From the UHGV virus genome UHGV-1570996: a DNA stretch of 19,300 bases; one strand, written 5' to 3'. Position 1 is the stretch's first letter, and each line of letters opens with the position of its first letter. A program made the position numbers and the translations under genes. Positions 7,558-17,694 of this stretch are shown piece by piece. The stretch comes from a virus. The notes beneath the pieces were generated by a model. The model was not told where the DNA came from. It searched no databases and saw only the letters and a program-made list of their open reading frames with translations.

Positions 7558-8013
7558 CTATCTCCCGTGATTCAGGAAGTCGATTAGTTCTTCGCGTGTT
7601 GCGCTGTAAAACGTCACGTCATCCACGCCTTTGAAGTATTTCTTGATGGTTCCTACACGATTAAGGCCAATCATTGCGCAGTACATCTGACCGTGGCGGA
7701 ATTTGCGTGCAGCGAACGATGTGACGCACTGAACGGTGGTGTTAGTCAGAATGTATCGCCAGAACGCCAGCCCGATTTCCTTGCTGAATCCGCGAATCTC
7801 TGGCAGGTACATGGCGTGGCAATCGAATGTCAGCGGCTGAATCTCCTGATAGTAAACAATGCCGCCGAACTGCCCGTGCACGTTCACCTCAAAGTAACGG
7901 CAATCAGGTTTGTAGTCGTATCCATCACCGTTGTTGCTCCCGGCGATGATGTCAGGGTGATTTCCTACTGCTTCGATCAGGTCGATGTTTCGCGTTGGTT
8001 TGAATGTAATCAT
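7558..8013 (-). CDS. gp14-like virion assembly/ejection-associated protein
   Basis: 151-aa ORF between the tail needle and gp7-like genes, as for P22 gene 14; assignment by synteny only. Confidence 0.5.
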   Translation of the reverse strand: MITFKPTRNIDLIEAVGNHPDIIAGSNNGDGYDYKPDCRYFEVNVHGQFGGIVYYQEIQPLTFDCHAMYLPEIRGFSKEIGLAFWRYILTNTTVQCVTSFAARKFRHGQMYCAMIGLNRVGTIKKYFKGVDDVTFYSATREELIDFLNHGR

Positions 8014-8714
8014 CAGTCAATCAGCCCATGTAATCTAAGTGCTGTTTCAAGCGCCAGAATACGCTGCCGCGCCTGCTGCAAACCTGTAGCGAGAGCTGCG
8101 ACTTCGGATTGTGTGTACGTAGTGCCGACCGTGTATGACTGGTTAGCGTTGAATGAGCCAAGAAGTGGCGTACCTGTGGCTGCAGTCCATCCGGTATTTC
8201 TTGCTCCAACAACCTGAATTCCATCAACTGAATATGATGTTTTTACATCCAGCGGTGACTCAAGAGACTGCAATTCGGTTACGGTTTTCGATACGTAATC
8301 ACTCTTAATGCCAGAGACATCGTTTTCTACGTCATCCAGTCTTTGGTCAACAGTGACCAGATGCGCCTGAATATCGATAACCTCATCCAGCAAGTAATCA
8401 ACATCGCTACGCAGTACGACTATCTTCCCTTCGGCAGTTGTTAACCTGACCTCAAGTAGATTTATCGCTTTTGTGTTTGCGGTGATTCTTGCGTCGTGAT
8501 CAGCCAGTTCGACGTCCTGTTCATCGTTTTTCACCTGAGCATCGTAAGCGCCCTGACCAGCCTGATTTGCCTTCCCGGCAATTGCGCCGACATCAGCCCC
8601 CTGATTAATGACATACAGCAGGTAAGACTGGCTGAATATATTGCGTGGAAGGATTGATGTATCGAGCCGCGTCGCCTGCACAATAACAGGGGTGTTGAGA
8701 TTCGAATCAGCCAT
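8013..8714 (-). CDS. 26: Tail needle protein (P22 gp26 homolog)
   Basis: 233 aa, same length as P22 gp26; N-terminal [64 protein letters not shown] and C-terminal [13 protein letters not shown] closely match recalled P22 gp26. Confidence 0.9.
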   Translation of the reverse strand: MADSNLNTPVIVQATRLDTSILPRNIFSQSYLLYVINQGADVGAIAGKANQAGQGAYDAQVKNDEQDVELADHDARITANTKAINLLEVRLTTAEGKIVVLRSDVDYLLDEVIDIQAHLVTVDQRLDDVENDVSGIKSDYVSKTVTELQSLESPLDVKTSYSVDGIQVVGARNTGWTAATGTPLLGSFNANQSYTVGTTYTQSEVAALATGLQQARQRILALETALRLHGLID

Positions 8715-10132
8715 TACTCAATCCTTATCTGGCAGCCAGACAGAGTGACAGGTGACTTCGTGATAACGCGCAATTTGAAGCCGACATTTTTCCTGATGCG
8801 CCCGACTCGCTTCCACAAAACGCGTTTGTCGTAAACGAACGGTTCATTCTGCTCAATCATCTGCTCACGACCGTAATTTATGCCGTCAGTGGTTGCAGAG
8901 AGGAACAGGCGGTCGGCGTACTGCGCAACGCCAGTTGACGATTCAACCTCAAGGTCGAAAACTCTGGCGTTATCCGCTTTGAACAACGGAGTAAACAGCA
9001 GGTGTTCCTGTTGCTTGTCGTACTGGCTGCTGATGTCGAATTGCAGTTTCCCGGTAACAGATTCCAGCTTATCGCCGCACGTTATCTGATTGCCTTCGTA
9101 AATGAAGTCGATAGCGCGGTACACATCGTCATACAAGCCAGTTTTCAACACACACCATTGCGGACCATTGGCGCTTGAAGATGCGTCGTACACGAGAACA
9201 TGGCGTGGAAGGTGGATAATCAGCAACTCATGAGCATCAAATCTCAGAGACTCCATCACGCCATCAGCCAGTTCATCAGCAGTGTAGGAGCGTAGTATTT
9301 TCTCAATGCTCGCGCTGGCGATTGGTGATACCTGCCCGGAACCGATGATGTATACAGATGGCGCACCTGTTGCCGGATTGCTGATGAACGCATAGGAATC
9401 AGCGAATGGCGTTTTGCAATAGGTTCCGGCAATACCTTTCTGCACCATCAGCGATGGTTGTGCAACATACAAAGCGGCACCAACGGTGGTTGCACCAGTC
9501 AGGGAGAAATATTCAATCGTCGATGAACCAAAGCAGACGATGAAGTCTCGCCATGTTCCGATGCCGATGATGCCGTCCGGCTGAGACTCGGCACGATATT
9601 GTGCACTGTAGCGGTCAGGATGTGATTCGTCTTCAAGGTCAGTGATGAACCATGAATCAGTTCCGTCTTTTGACCACGCATAACGCCCACGTAAGCGCGT
9701 AATGTCGCGGACTGAGCCTAACTCATACTGCGTGAATCCGCTGTCTGTAGGCCAGTTTGAGACGGTTTTAACCGTGCCATCATAGCGATACTCGACCAGT
9801 TGACCATTAACGCCTACCGCCTGTGATGTCCGACCATGCGCCATTGATACGCGACCACTTCCGGCAACATCACCGACTTCACTTTCTCCTTTGTACAGCT
9901 TGCCGCCACACACGCGATAAACAGCATTCTGCGCCATGTTGTACTCGACTCCGCGAGATACACCGTTCACATCAGAACGTTTGGCAATGCCCGGGAATGA
10001 GCGAAGATATCCGCTACTGTTCAGGATTTCTTTGGGTGTAGCCAACATATTCACTGGCAGATAGTCGATATAGTCGGCATTTCGAAAGTCTTTGCCGACG
10101 CCTTTCATGAGCGGAAGTTGCTGAATCGGCAT
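8714..10132 (-). CDS. gp10-like tail hub / head-completion protein
   Basis: 472 aa, same length as P22 gp10; syntenic between gp4-like and gp26; start overlaps the gp26 region in operon fashion. Confidence 0.75.
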   Translation of the reverse strand: MPIQQLPLMKGVGKDFRNADYIDYLPVNMLATPKEILNSSGYLRSFPGIAKRSDVNGVSRGVEYNMAQNAVYRVCGGKLYKGESEVGDVAGSGRVSMAHGRTSQAVGVNGQLVEYRYDGTVKTVSNWPTDSGFTQYELGSVRDITRLRGRYAWSKDGTDSWFITDLEDESHPDRYSAQYRAESQPDGIIGIGTWRDFIVCFGSSTIEYFSLTGATTVGAALYVAQPSLMVQKGIAGTYCKTPFADSYAFISNPATGAPSVYIIGSGQVSPIASASIEKILRSYTADELADGVMESLRFDAHELLIIHLPRHVLVYDASSSANGPQWCVLKTGLYDDVYRAIDFIYEGNQITCGDKLESVTGKLQFDISSQYDKQQEHLLFTPLFKADNARVFDLEVESSTGVAQYADRLFLSATTDGINYGREQMIEQNEPFVYDKRVLWKRVGRIRKNVGFKLRVITKSPVTLSGCQIRIE

Positions 10133-10141
10133 TTATTCACC

Positions 10142-10603
10142 TCACGTACTCGGATCATCTTTCTCGATGTAAAACCGATTCCACGTAAACGCGCTTTTGT
10201 TACCACTACCGCGAGGCATGTCATTTCGCCGCTCAAGTGGTGGTATTTTGGTTAAAGCGATACAGATTGTCTGATATGCGCTGTCGGCAGCGGTAAGGAG
10301 AGCGTCTGCCGGCTGAATGACGTTATCCATGCACACTTGCACAGCGAGTTTCAAAGCGACGCCATCATTTGCCCATGCAGGGATACCTGAATCATCGTCA
10401 GGTAACGGCATGATGCCGTTTTCTGTATCAGCAAACTGATACCCAAGCTCGATACCTTTCGCCTGCCATGCTGCCATCATGTCTTCGAGGTCATTAATGG
10501 CATCTTCAATTGCCTGAGGGTCAGCATCTGTCAACGTGGCATTGGAATACAGCCCGGCTTTTCGTAAAGCCTTTAGAACGAGATCACCCTTCGTTTTTGC
10601 CAT
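10142..10603 (-). CDS. gp4-like tail adaptor / head-completion protein
   Basis: 153-aa ORF in P22 gene 4 position between coat and gp10. Confidence 0.65.
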   Translation of the reverse strand: MAKTKGDLVLKALRKAGLYSNATLTDADPQAIEDAINDLEDMMAAWQAKGIELGYQFADTENGIMPLPDDDSGIPAWANDGVALKLAVQVCMDNVIQPADALLTAADSAYQTICIALTKIPPLERRNDMPRGSGNKSAFTWNRFYIEKDDPST

Positions 10604-10772
10604 CTTCTTCCGCCTTAGCCACTTTTTGCTTCGTTGCGGTTTCTTCAGGAGTTTTTACCCAACCTTTTTTCAGGTGAGATTTAACTTCTTCGTCATCAAC
10701 AATGATGTAATCGACAGCAAACTGACCACAGGTGATCATGTTGCCCGGCTTATAGAGCATTGTTCGTGCCAT
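10584..10772 (-). CDS. Small hypothetical protein between coat and gp4 (P22 orf69-position)
   Basis: Start chosen at ATG 10772 (GGGAGAAG RBS 5 nt upstream), 62 aa; the track start 10808 is a GTG inside the terminator hairpin; P22 carries a small ORF at this position as recalled. Confidence 0.45.
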   Translation of the reverse strand: MARTMLYKPGNMITCGQFAVDYIIVDDEEVKSHLKKGWVKTPEETATKQKVAKAEEDGKNEG

Positions 10773-10781
10773 TGTCTTCTC

Positions 10782-10808
10782 CCAATAAAAATGGGGCCGA
10801 AGCCCCAC
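10782..10808 (-). terminator. Rho-independent terminator immediately downstream of the coat gene
   Basis: On the minus strand: TGGGGC-UUCG-GCCCCA hairpin followed by UUUUUAUU, starting about 6 nt after the coat stop codon. Confidence 0.55.
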
Positions 10809-10813
10809 CTAAA

Positions 10814-12067
10814 TTACTGCCCGGCAATAACGATGCCCGTATATTCAGGAACCAGTACAGAGCAACCGTACAGAGTGGTGAAACGCGCAGTGGTTACGCC
10901 TTTGATGTGGTCGAAGGCGTAAGACATGATCAGCGTAGCGCCCTGCTCGGTGGTTGCTGTCATTACCTGTGGACCCTGACCAGTAGGGAACGCCAGTTTG
11001 CCGTACATCAGTTCAACAGAACCATCAGCCCAGAACAGGTTAGCCGGTGCGGCATTTTTGTTGAGAATGGTGATTGCTGCGCTACTTGCCGCATTAGCAT
11101 CAACGTTTGCATATGGGCGGCTGGCGACATCCGTGTTGTCAGGCGGCAGAATTTTCGGGGAAATAGTCACTGTCGTTCCGCTAACAGCAAGAACGCGGAA
11201 TACCTGCGGCTGACCGGTGGTATCTTTGGTGATCTGGTGTACGGAATTCACGCCAGCAATGGTGAACGCATCGCCAACCTGCAAACCTTCAGCAGATACC
11301 GTAATGGTTCCTTGTCGGTTATCCACGGGCATATCGTTGGCATCTTTCGCTTCAACCTTGTGAGCAGGTGCTGCTGCCAGCGTAATCGAAGTTGCTGTAC
11401 CTTTCGGCACACGACCAGAAATATCGGTCTTGTAGCTATCGAAGGACGCAACCGGAGGGATCTGCGCTTTTTCGTATGCTGTCAGTGTTGCGCCCTGAGC
11501 ATAGGCACGGTGACCAAGCTCGCCAGCAAGGTCTTTGTAGTTGAAGGGGTTCCAGAAAGAGCGACGGTTGATACCCTGCGGTACACCAATCGCCGTCATG
11601 GTGGCATCAATACCTGCCGCGCAGTTCCACAAATCACGGCCCTGTGTACCTGTGGTTGAGTCAGCCATCGTGATCACGTTAGTAGCACGCTGCGTGACCA
11701 TGGAAATCAGGTCAGAGTCAATCTGTGCAGCAAGGCGCATACCTGCGGCTCGACCAGCTTCAGTTTTATGTTCCGGGTCACGCATTTCACGCGCATCCAG
11801 AGTGTACAGAATGTTTTTTGGCTCCTTGAACACGGAAGGAACAAGGCGCTGAACCAGTGCGGTAGGCGTTTTGCTGCTGAGATCGAGGCCTTCCTCAATG
11901 TTCATGTGGTAATGCTGCGGACGATACAGAACATCGCCTGCTCGCTGCATTGCAGTATCACCGGGACGGAATTTTTTAGCGTTACGGGAAACTACGCAGG
12001 CGGCCTCAAAGCCTTCAACGTAGTTTTCGAACATGATTTCAAGGTCTTTTGCTAATTGGTTAGCCAT
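10814..12067 (-). CDS. Major capsid (coat) protein, P22 gp5-like HK97-fold family
   Basis: 417-aa ORF after scaffold; short motifs shared with recalled P22 coat (NLFWADGSVEL vs NVFWADDAIR; YANVDANA vs YANVNTSL); followed by a terminator. Confidence 0.8.
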   Translation of the reverse strand: MANQLAKDLEIMFENYVEGFEAACVVSRNAKKFRPGDTAMQRAGDVLYRPQHYHMNIEEGLDLSSKTPTALVQRLVPSVFKEPKNILYTLDAREMRDPEHKTEAGRAAGMRLAAQIDSDLISMVTQRATNVITMADSTTGTQGRDLWNCAAGIDATMTAIGVPQGINRRSFWNPFNYKDLAGELGHRAYAQGATLTAYEKAQIPPVASFDSYKTDISGRVPKGTATSITLAAAPAHKVEAKDANDMPVDNRQGTITVSAEGLQVGDAFTIAGVNSVHQITKDTTGQPQVFRVLAVSGTTVTISPKILPPDNTDVASRPYANVDANAASSAAITILNKNAAPANLFWADGSVELMYGKLAFPTGQGPQVMTATTEQGATLIMSYAFDHIKGVTTARFTTLYGCSVLVPEYTGIVIAGQ

Positions 12068-12085
12068 GCTTAATGCTCCGATAGG

Positions 12086-12979
12086 TTATTTTTTTGCCTT
12101 TTTAGCGGCGAAATACGGCGTCCAGTCACCAGTTTCCAGCGCCTTGGCTTTCAATTTGTCTAGGTTGTTGATTACTGCGCCGTTGCTCCCCTTAACTGTC
12201 GGGGTTGTGGCTGCCGTGGTTTTTGCTTTTGGCATGATTCTGGCCTTCGATTCGATACGTTCCAGCAGACGACCAATTGCTACGAGGTTGGTAGCTTCTG
12301 CCAGTTGCTTGCGCAGTTCAGCGTTGCGACCGAGTGCCAGAACAACGATTTCCGGCTTCTCTGACTCAAACAGGATCGCGTTTTGTGTCTCGATGGGGAT
12401 TTCCTCGAGTACGGCCTGTTCTGCTTCCTGATAGCCAGGAACCTTGAGAGCCTTAACACGTTGCTGATATTTGGATAATCGATCTTGATAGGCAGCCTGA
12501 AGCTCCTGCTCCTTCTGCTTGCGAGCCATCTCCTGTTGCTGGTACTTGCCGTTATCCTCTGCCCACTTAGCCATGCGTTGCTGGTAGATTTCTTCATCGA
12601 AACCGATGTCCTCATCGTCCAGTTTTGGCATTCGCGGTGGTTGAGTGATTACCGGCTGCTGCTCGACGGGTTTCTGAGACTGACGCATCAGCTCTTTCAG
12701 CTCGCGGTCTTTCTCTTTAATCGTCTTGCGCAAGTGTTTTACCAGTCCATGCTCAGCTCCATCTTCGCTGGTTGGCGAATCCAGCTTTTCGTCACCAAAG
12801 TAGAATTCCTGTTCTGATTCGTCGTCATCAGTTTCAGTAGCTTCCTCTACATCATTGCCGGATGACTCACTGCCATCTTCTGTTTCGACTTCTTCAGCCA
12901 GTTCGACATCATCAGGAATCTGCTCTGACGCGTCGGTTTCGATTTCAACTTCTGGTGTGTTTTCTGCCATCTGGTCCAT
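12086..12979 (-). CDS. Scaffolding protein
   Basis: 297-aa ORF between portal and coat; very acidic N-terminus, coiled-coil-like charged middle, basic C-terminal tail (KAKALETGDWTPYFAAKKAKK); not obviously similar to recalled P22 gp8, so assigned by position and composition. Confidence 0.6.
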   Translation of the reverse strand: MDQMAENTPEVEIETDASEQIPDDVELAEEVETEDGSESSGNDVEEATETDDDESEQEFYFGDEKLDSPTSEDGAEHGLVKHLRKTIKEKDRELKELMRQSQKPVEQQPVITQPPRMPKLDDEDIGFDEEIYQQRMAKWAEDNGKYQQQEMARKQKEQELQAAYQDRLSKYQQRVKALKVPGYQEAEQAVLEEIPIETQNAILFESEKPEIVVLALGRNAELRKQLAEATNLVAIGRLLERIESKARIMPKAKTTAATTPTVKGSNGAVINNLDKLKAKALETGDWTPYFAAKKAKK

Positions 12980-13069
12980 TTGTTACCCCTGTTTACTCGA
13001 TGTTCAGCCCATCGGAAGGCAATAGGGTGCCAGGCCTCATAAAGACAGCCATTGCACGTTATGGGTTAA

Positions 13070-15268
13070 TTACTGCTGTGGTTGTTGCTGAGTTGATTTT
13101 TGCAGGATGCTGCTGATGTCCATTCGTTGTGCATGGCCCTGTGCCTGACTTTTCAGGACAAGCTCTGCATCAGCACGGGCATTGTCTCCTTGCTGTTGCT
13201 GGAACTGTCCGAGCAGTTTCAGCGCCTCACGGATATCAGATTTTTGCTGGCTATCGGCAGATGCGAGGATTTTCACAACATTTGCCGCTGCAACCTGAGC
13301 ATCAGTCTGTGCCTGGAATGCTTTAACCTGAATGGCTGCCTGTTCGTTCTGCGCTTTCTGCAATTCAGCCTGACCAGCAAGAAGCTGACCTTGCGCAGCA
13401 ACCATAGCCGGATCTGGCTGACTGGCCTGTTGTTGTTTCGCCTGCTCAACCATTTGCTGCTCTTCTGGCGTTCTCGGCTTGATAACTCCAGACAGAAGCA
13501 ACTGATTGCGGTTGTATTCTTTAAGGTCGTCCATCCCTTCGCCGTCCATATTGTCGAGAATCATCGACGATACAAGGTCGTGCTTCGGCGTTCCTGGTGG
13601 GATAAGTGCCAGCATGGAAAGTAACGACTTAACCGTTGCATCACGGCGAGTAGCGAACGACTGACCGACATCGACAGTCACTTCATAGTTACCCTGCGAA
13701 AGGTCGTTAAGCGCGATAACCTGCCCTGTCTGACGGTCAACCACTTCACCAGTCATCAGCGCCACATCATCGCTGCCATCCTCATTAACGATGCGCATTG
13801 GCGTATCGCTGCCATAGACTTCACGAGCCATAGAAAGCCACACGACGCCAGCACGGCGCATGGATTTAGCCATGTTGTCCATGTAGATATAGGACTGCGT
13901 GTCCATCCGGTTAAAGATGCTATCAACGGTATCGGTGGCGACGTTGCTCGGCATGTTCTCAAGCTGCGACGCACCTGTAATTTGCTGAATAGCCGTTCCG
14001 GTGTACTGCAATAGCCCGGCAAGAGCTGGAGGCATTTGTGTCGGAGGTGTCCAGCCAGCAACCTGAGCTTCTGAAATGACCGTTCCGTTTTTGTCCTTCT
14101 TGCTGGTCATAGGAAGAACTGCTGGTCTTTTCTTATTCCTCTCTGCCCAGTGATTCATTAATGGACCGGGAATGAAATCAACATCCACGATAGGAATGCC
14201 ATCACCGCCCGCCTGAGTAGCGTTATCTGCAATCATGGAAACCATCAGGTTCTCAAGACGCTGTGCATCCATCGCTTTTGCTGCGTGACCTTCGATTCGC
14301 TCCTGATTATCAACAAATGATCGACGCCCATATACCGGGATGAGAGGAATATGCTCTCCCGGAATACGCTTCGGTTCTTCCAGCCATTCAGCGCCAGACA
14401 GAAGGCCGCAATAAACGCGGCGTTTCTTCACTGTCCGCTCACCGATCAGCTCGAATGCACCATCGGTTAGCTCGTCAACAATATCTTTGATCTGTTCTTC
14501 ATCATAGATTGCCGTTTCTCCGCTGACAGGATTGCGCCACGCCGTGAGCTTCACCTTCTCTATGCGAACTTCGTAGTAGCGTCCAACATAGATGGCATCA
14601 GGTGTTGACCAGTCATATTGAGTACCAGTGTCATCACGAGAAAGACTTGCCGCGATGGAATCAGGGTATTCAGCCTCGAACGCTTTAGGCGTCATGGAGA
14701 ACATTTCCATAGCCCACATAGCATCAGAGCGGTCATATTGCTTGCTGTCCTGATCGAAGAAGACGCATGTCGCCGGGTCGTAAACAGGAAGAAGACTGAT
14801 GCGTCGCTGCTCGTTACTCGGATCCATTTCATCTTCGTAATCGGCACACATGCGGAAACAACCGAATCCACCCGTTACGGCATCATCAAATGCGTTATCA
14901 CACGCTTCGCCACCGGATGTTTCCTGATAGTCAGCGCGGAATTTGCCGTTCATTTTTTCGGCTAACGCTTCCGATGCCTTGTCATCCTTCGGCCTGAATT
15001 TAACGCTGATGCGATTCTGTCGATACTCGCCAATGATGCGATCACATTCACGGGCAATCTTATTTAGTTCAAAGCGCGGGTAATGCTCAAACCTGCCTTC
15101 ATCAAATGAGTAACCAGCGTTTGTGCTGCCTTCCCACTGTGCACCGGACACCCTGACGAAACGTTGAGCCTCAATAATCTGCTCACGCATATCCTGCGTT
15201 GCTGACCAGGCATTATCAAAGTTGCACAGCACCTTGCGATGCCAGTCAGTCATCTTTTTTTCTGCCAT
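13070..15268 (-). CDS. Portal protein (P22 gp1-like)
   Basis: 732 aa (P22 portal about 725 aa); directly downstream of large terminase; Gln-rich helical C-terminus like the P22 portal barrel. Confidence 0.85.
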   Translation of the reverse strand: MAEKKMTDWHRKVLCNFDNAWSATQDMREQIIEAQRFVRVSGAQWEGSTNAGYSFDEGRFEHYPRFELNKIARECDRIIGEYRQNRISVKFRPKDDKASEALAEKMNGKFRADYQETSGGEACDNAFDDAVTGGFGCFRMCADYEDEMDPSNEQRRISLLPVYDPATCVFFDQDSKQYDRSDAMWAMEMFSMTPKAFEAEYPDSIAASLSRDDTGTQYDWSTPDAIYVGRYYEVRIEKVKLTAWRNPVSGETAIYDEEQIKDIVDELTDGAFELIGERTVKKRRVYCGLLSGAEWLEEPKRIPGEHIPLIPVYGRRSFVDNQERIEGHAAKAMDAQRLENLMVSMIADNATQAGGDGIPIVDVDFIPGPLMNHWAERNKKRPAVLPMTSKKDKNGTVISEAQVAGWTPPTQMPPALAGLLQYTGTAIQQITGASQLENMPSNVATDTVDSIFNRMDTQSYIYMDNMAKSMRRAGVVWLSMAREVYGSDTPMRIVNEDGSDDVALMTGEVVDRQTGQVIALNDLSQGNYEVTVDVGQSFATRRDATVKSLLSMLALIPPGTPKHDLVSSMILDNMDGEGMDDLKEYNRNQLLLSGVIKPRTPEEQQMVEQAKQQQASQPDPAMVAAQGQLLAGQAELQKAQNEQAAIQVKAFQAQTDAQVAAANVVKILASADSQQKSDIREALKLLGQFQQQQGDNARADAELVLKSQAQGHAQRMDISSILQKSTQQQPQQ

Positions 15269-15269
15269 A

Positions 15270-16685
15270 TCAACCTACACCACAAGGAATTGAGTAACTG
15301 GAATAGTCGGGTTGCGCAGCCGACTCTGGGCAATGCATACACATCATCAGCGCATCAGCCAGGTTAGGGGATGGAATACCGAGCTTCTGCTTCATTTCGA
15401 CCTTAGTCATAAGCTCCAGCTTCCCGTTGTTATTGAATTTGCGCTGAATCTGCGTCAGTTCTGCAAACAGCTTCTCCAGCATCTTCTCGCCTATCGCTTC
15501 TTTGTCGAAACTCAGCATGTCGTCGGGGTCTGCATACTCACCGTGGACAACCGCCCGATATGTCAGATACAGCCTGTCAGCCAGCGCGTAATAGAATTGC
15601 GCTCGCTTATTGCGGAACACATCACCAATAGTGCGAACGTTGTCGCCCTGTACGACTTCATCAGCCCATGCTCCGGCCTGATACGGTGCATCTTCATCGA
15701 ATGGCGATTCGCTGCCCTTGAACATCGTGGCGGTGATTTTCTTGCCGGAGAACGCTTCCGTTGTCTGTCTGCGTAGGCCCGCACCGACGCCATCACCATC
15801 CCACAGGTAATGGTCAGCGCCGTCTTCAATCGCCAGCGAAGTAGCCCAGTCAGCACCCTCGTTGATGTCCATCAGCAGACCTTCGGCAATGCGCTTAACT
15901 ACCGAACCGTGACGCGATGCGTAACCTTTAGCATCTGGCCCTGTATCTGACGGGTCATGCGCAGAGACAACAGCGCCTTTCGCTTTCCATCCGAGTTTCT
16001 TGTGCGCATCGGTTGCGGCTTCAAGCCATTCACGTTTGATGATTGCCATATCACTTGCGCTTACTGGCTCACCAAGCCAGATGTGACGATACAGTGTCGG
16101 ATTTCTGCGTTTACACTCTTCCATCTCCAGACGGAGAACTTCAGGAAAATGCGGGTTGTCGGTGTAGTTCACCGTCAGCAGGCAAATATCATCGGGAGGA
16201 TTTACAACGAATCGCTGATAGGTATCGTCGAGTATGTTCTTCGGGTTAAAGCTCACCCATATTTCGGAAAACGGCTTGCGGATGGTTGGTATCAGGATAT
16301 CCCATGATTCCTTCGTTACCGCTTCCGCTTCTTCCACCCAGCAGATATCAATGCCTTCGAGCGATTTAATCTTCGTCGGGTTGTTTTTGATGCCGTAGAA
16401 CATGAACTCAGCATTCGTTCCGAGATGACGAATCATGGAACGCTGAATTTCAAACTCAGCCGTATACCCTTCACGCTCTATGGTGTCTTCAAGCAGCCGG
16501 ATTACCGAATCGCTGATACTGTTTTGCAGTTCACGAGCGCAGAGAATACGCACTGGCTGCCGACGCGCCGCTTCAACAAGCAGCCTCGCAATTGCCCATG
16601 ACTTACCGCTACCTCGACCGCCTTTGGCGACTTTGTAGCGATGCGCCTCAATAAACGGTTCAAAGATAGGATTAATCGAGGTCAT
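15270..16685 (-). CDS. Terminase large subunit
   Basis: 471 aa; Walker A-like KGGRGSGKS near the N-terminus and a C-terminal nuclease-like region; 4-nt ATGA overlap with the upstream small subunit gene. Confidence 0.85.
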   Translation of the reverse strand: MTSINPIFEPFIEAHRYKVAKGGRGSGKSWAIARLLVEAARRQPVRILCARELQNSISDSVIRLLEDTIEREGYTAEFEIQRSMIRHLGTNAEFMFYGIKNNPTKIKSLEGIDICWVEEAEAVTKESWDILIPTIRKPFSEIWVSFNPKNILDDTYQRFVVNPPDDICLLTVNYTDNPHFPEVLRLEMEECKRRNPTLYRHIWLGEPVSASDMAIIKREWLEAATDAHKKLGWKAKGAVVSAHDPSDTGPDAKGYASRHGSVVKRIAEGLLMDINEGADWATSLAIEDGADHYLWDGDGVGAGLRRQTTEAFSGKKITATMFKGSESPFDEDAPYQAGAWADEVVQGDNVRTIGDVFRNKRAQFYYALADRLYLTYRAVVHGEYADPDDMLSFDKEAIGEKMLEKLFAELTQIQRKFNNNGKLELMTKVEMKQKLGIPSPNLADALMMCMHCPESAAQPDYSSYSIPCGVG

Positions 16686-17122
16686 TTTCCGAACAGAGTG
16701 CTCATCGGTGATGTTTCAATCTGAATTGCGCCGCCGTCTTTGCCTGTTAGCTCGTGATCAACCTTGTCGCGCCATTTATCCTTCTGTCGGTTCTTAAGCC
16801 AGAAGATGGCAGCTGTTGTATCAGGCGGGTAATACTTCTCAAGCGGAGTTTCGACAATTCTGTTTTCAATAACACGAATATCGATGTCTGGAGCCACGAA
16901 GCCCATAGCGCGTTGATAAAGACGGTCACTAACTTCTGCATCAGCGACGGCCTTACCCTTTTTTATGGACTCCGAAAACTTAGGATAATCAAGCTTCCAC
17001 TTGTTAATAGTTGACTCACTGACTTCAAAGAAATCAGCAAGTTCTGCGTCTGTATAGCCCAGCAAGCACAGTTTGCGTGCCTGTTCGGCATACGCCTCTT
17101 GATACTTTGTTGGGCGCGCCAT
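16682..17122 (-). CDS. Terminase small subunit
   Basis: 146-aa ORF immediately upstream of and overlapping the large terminase; N-terminal HTH-like segment (AELADFFEVSESTINKW). Confidence 0.7.
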   Translation of the reverse strand: MARPTKYQEAYAEQARKLCLLGYTDAELADFFEVSESTINKWKLDYPKFSESIKKGKAVADAEVSDRLYQRAMGFVAPDIDIRVIENRIVETPLEKYYPPDTTAAIFWLKNRQKDKWRDKVDHELTGKDGGAIQIETSPMSTLFGK

Positions 17123-17124
17123 GT

Positions 17125-17367
17125 TTATGCTCCGGTAGTGAACAGGTCTAACGCTTCCTTCGATTTACGCACCGCTTCGATAGTTCGGGTCGTGATATCT
17201 GAATTAGCGCCGCCTGACTGGAAGTGAATTTTGAATAGCTCAAGCTTCAGTTCGTCAGTGCCAATGAACTGAAATGCTTCTTCTGCGGCTGCGTTCTGGT
17301 TCATGACCAGTTTGTAAATCTCTAACTGGAATTTCTGTTCTTGAGTCATGGGAATAATCTCTGCCAT
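17125..17367 (-). CDS. Hypothetical 80-aa protein upstream of small terminase (P22 orf80-position)
   Basis: ORF with GGAG RBS 9 nt upstream of ATG 17367; stop 2 nt before the terS start; no family recognised. Confidence 0.5.
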   Translation of the reverse strand: MAEIIPMTQEQKFQLEIYKLVMNQNAAAEEAFQFIGTDELKLELFKIHFQSGGANSDITTRTIEAVRKSKEALDLFTTGA

Positions 17368-17380
17368 TGTTGGCTCCGTT

Positions 17381-17414
17381 TATCCGTTAAAAGGGATATC
17401 AGTTAAGTTATCCC
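17381..17414 (-). promoter_or_regulatory. Alternating hairpin element in the leader of the orf80-terminase operon
   Basis: Three arms TATCC (17381-17385), GGGATA (17393-17398) and TATCCC (17409-17414) can form two mutually exclusive hairpins; the upstream hairpin is followed by UUUU on the minus strand, and the element ends about 13 nt before the orf80 RBS. Confidence 0.3.
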
Positions 17415-17694
17415 GTGTAGGGTATAAGCCATTGTCGAGACCACTCATTGAATGGCCTCTGCAATAACCGATGTCTTTCCATCAGTCCGCCACCACAAAG
17501 AATCTTTTTTGCCATAAGGCAGGAGGTTCATCTTTCAGTGGCTGCCAGTGTTATTTCCCCACTTACTGGCTTGGGTTGCTTCGTGGTACTGCCGTTAACT
17601 GGTGGCCCAGAATAAATTCCGGTTTCATTATCAAGCCCACCCGTAGATGGGCTTTGTAATGAAGAGTTGTTATGAAAATTGCTCTAAACAAGCA

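Noticed and set aside
10760-11659. 299-aa plus-strand ORF, along with many other ORF-track entries inside the structural operon (for example 7693..8217 +, 13100..13624 +, 12033..12431 +, 15312..15776 +, 4173..4535 +)
   Set aside because: All lie antisense within well-supported minus-strand genes, have Cys/Arg-rich or low-complexity translations and no RBS; interpreted as shadow ORFs of GC-rich coding sequence
17368-17694. Possible tRNA or small ORFs in the long intergenic region upstream of orf80
   Set aside because: No cloverleaf with a canonical T-loop could be built by eye; the candidate small ORFs (22 to 28 aa) have weak or mis-spaced RBSs; left as an unexplained structured non-coding region
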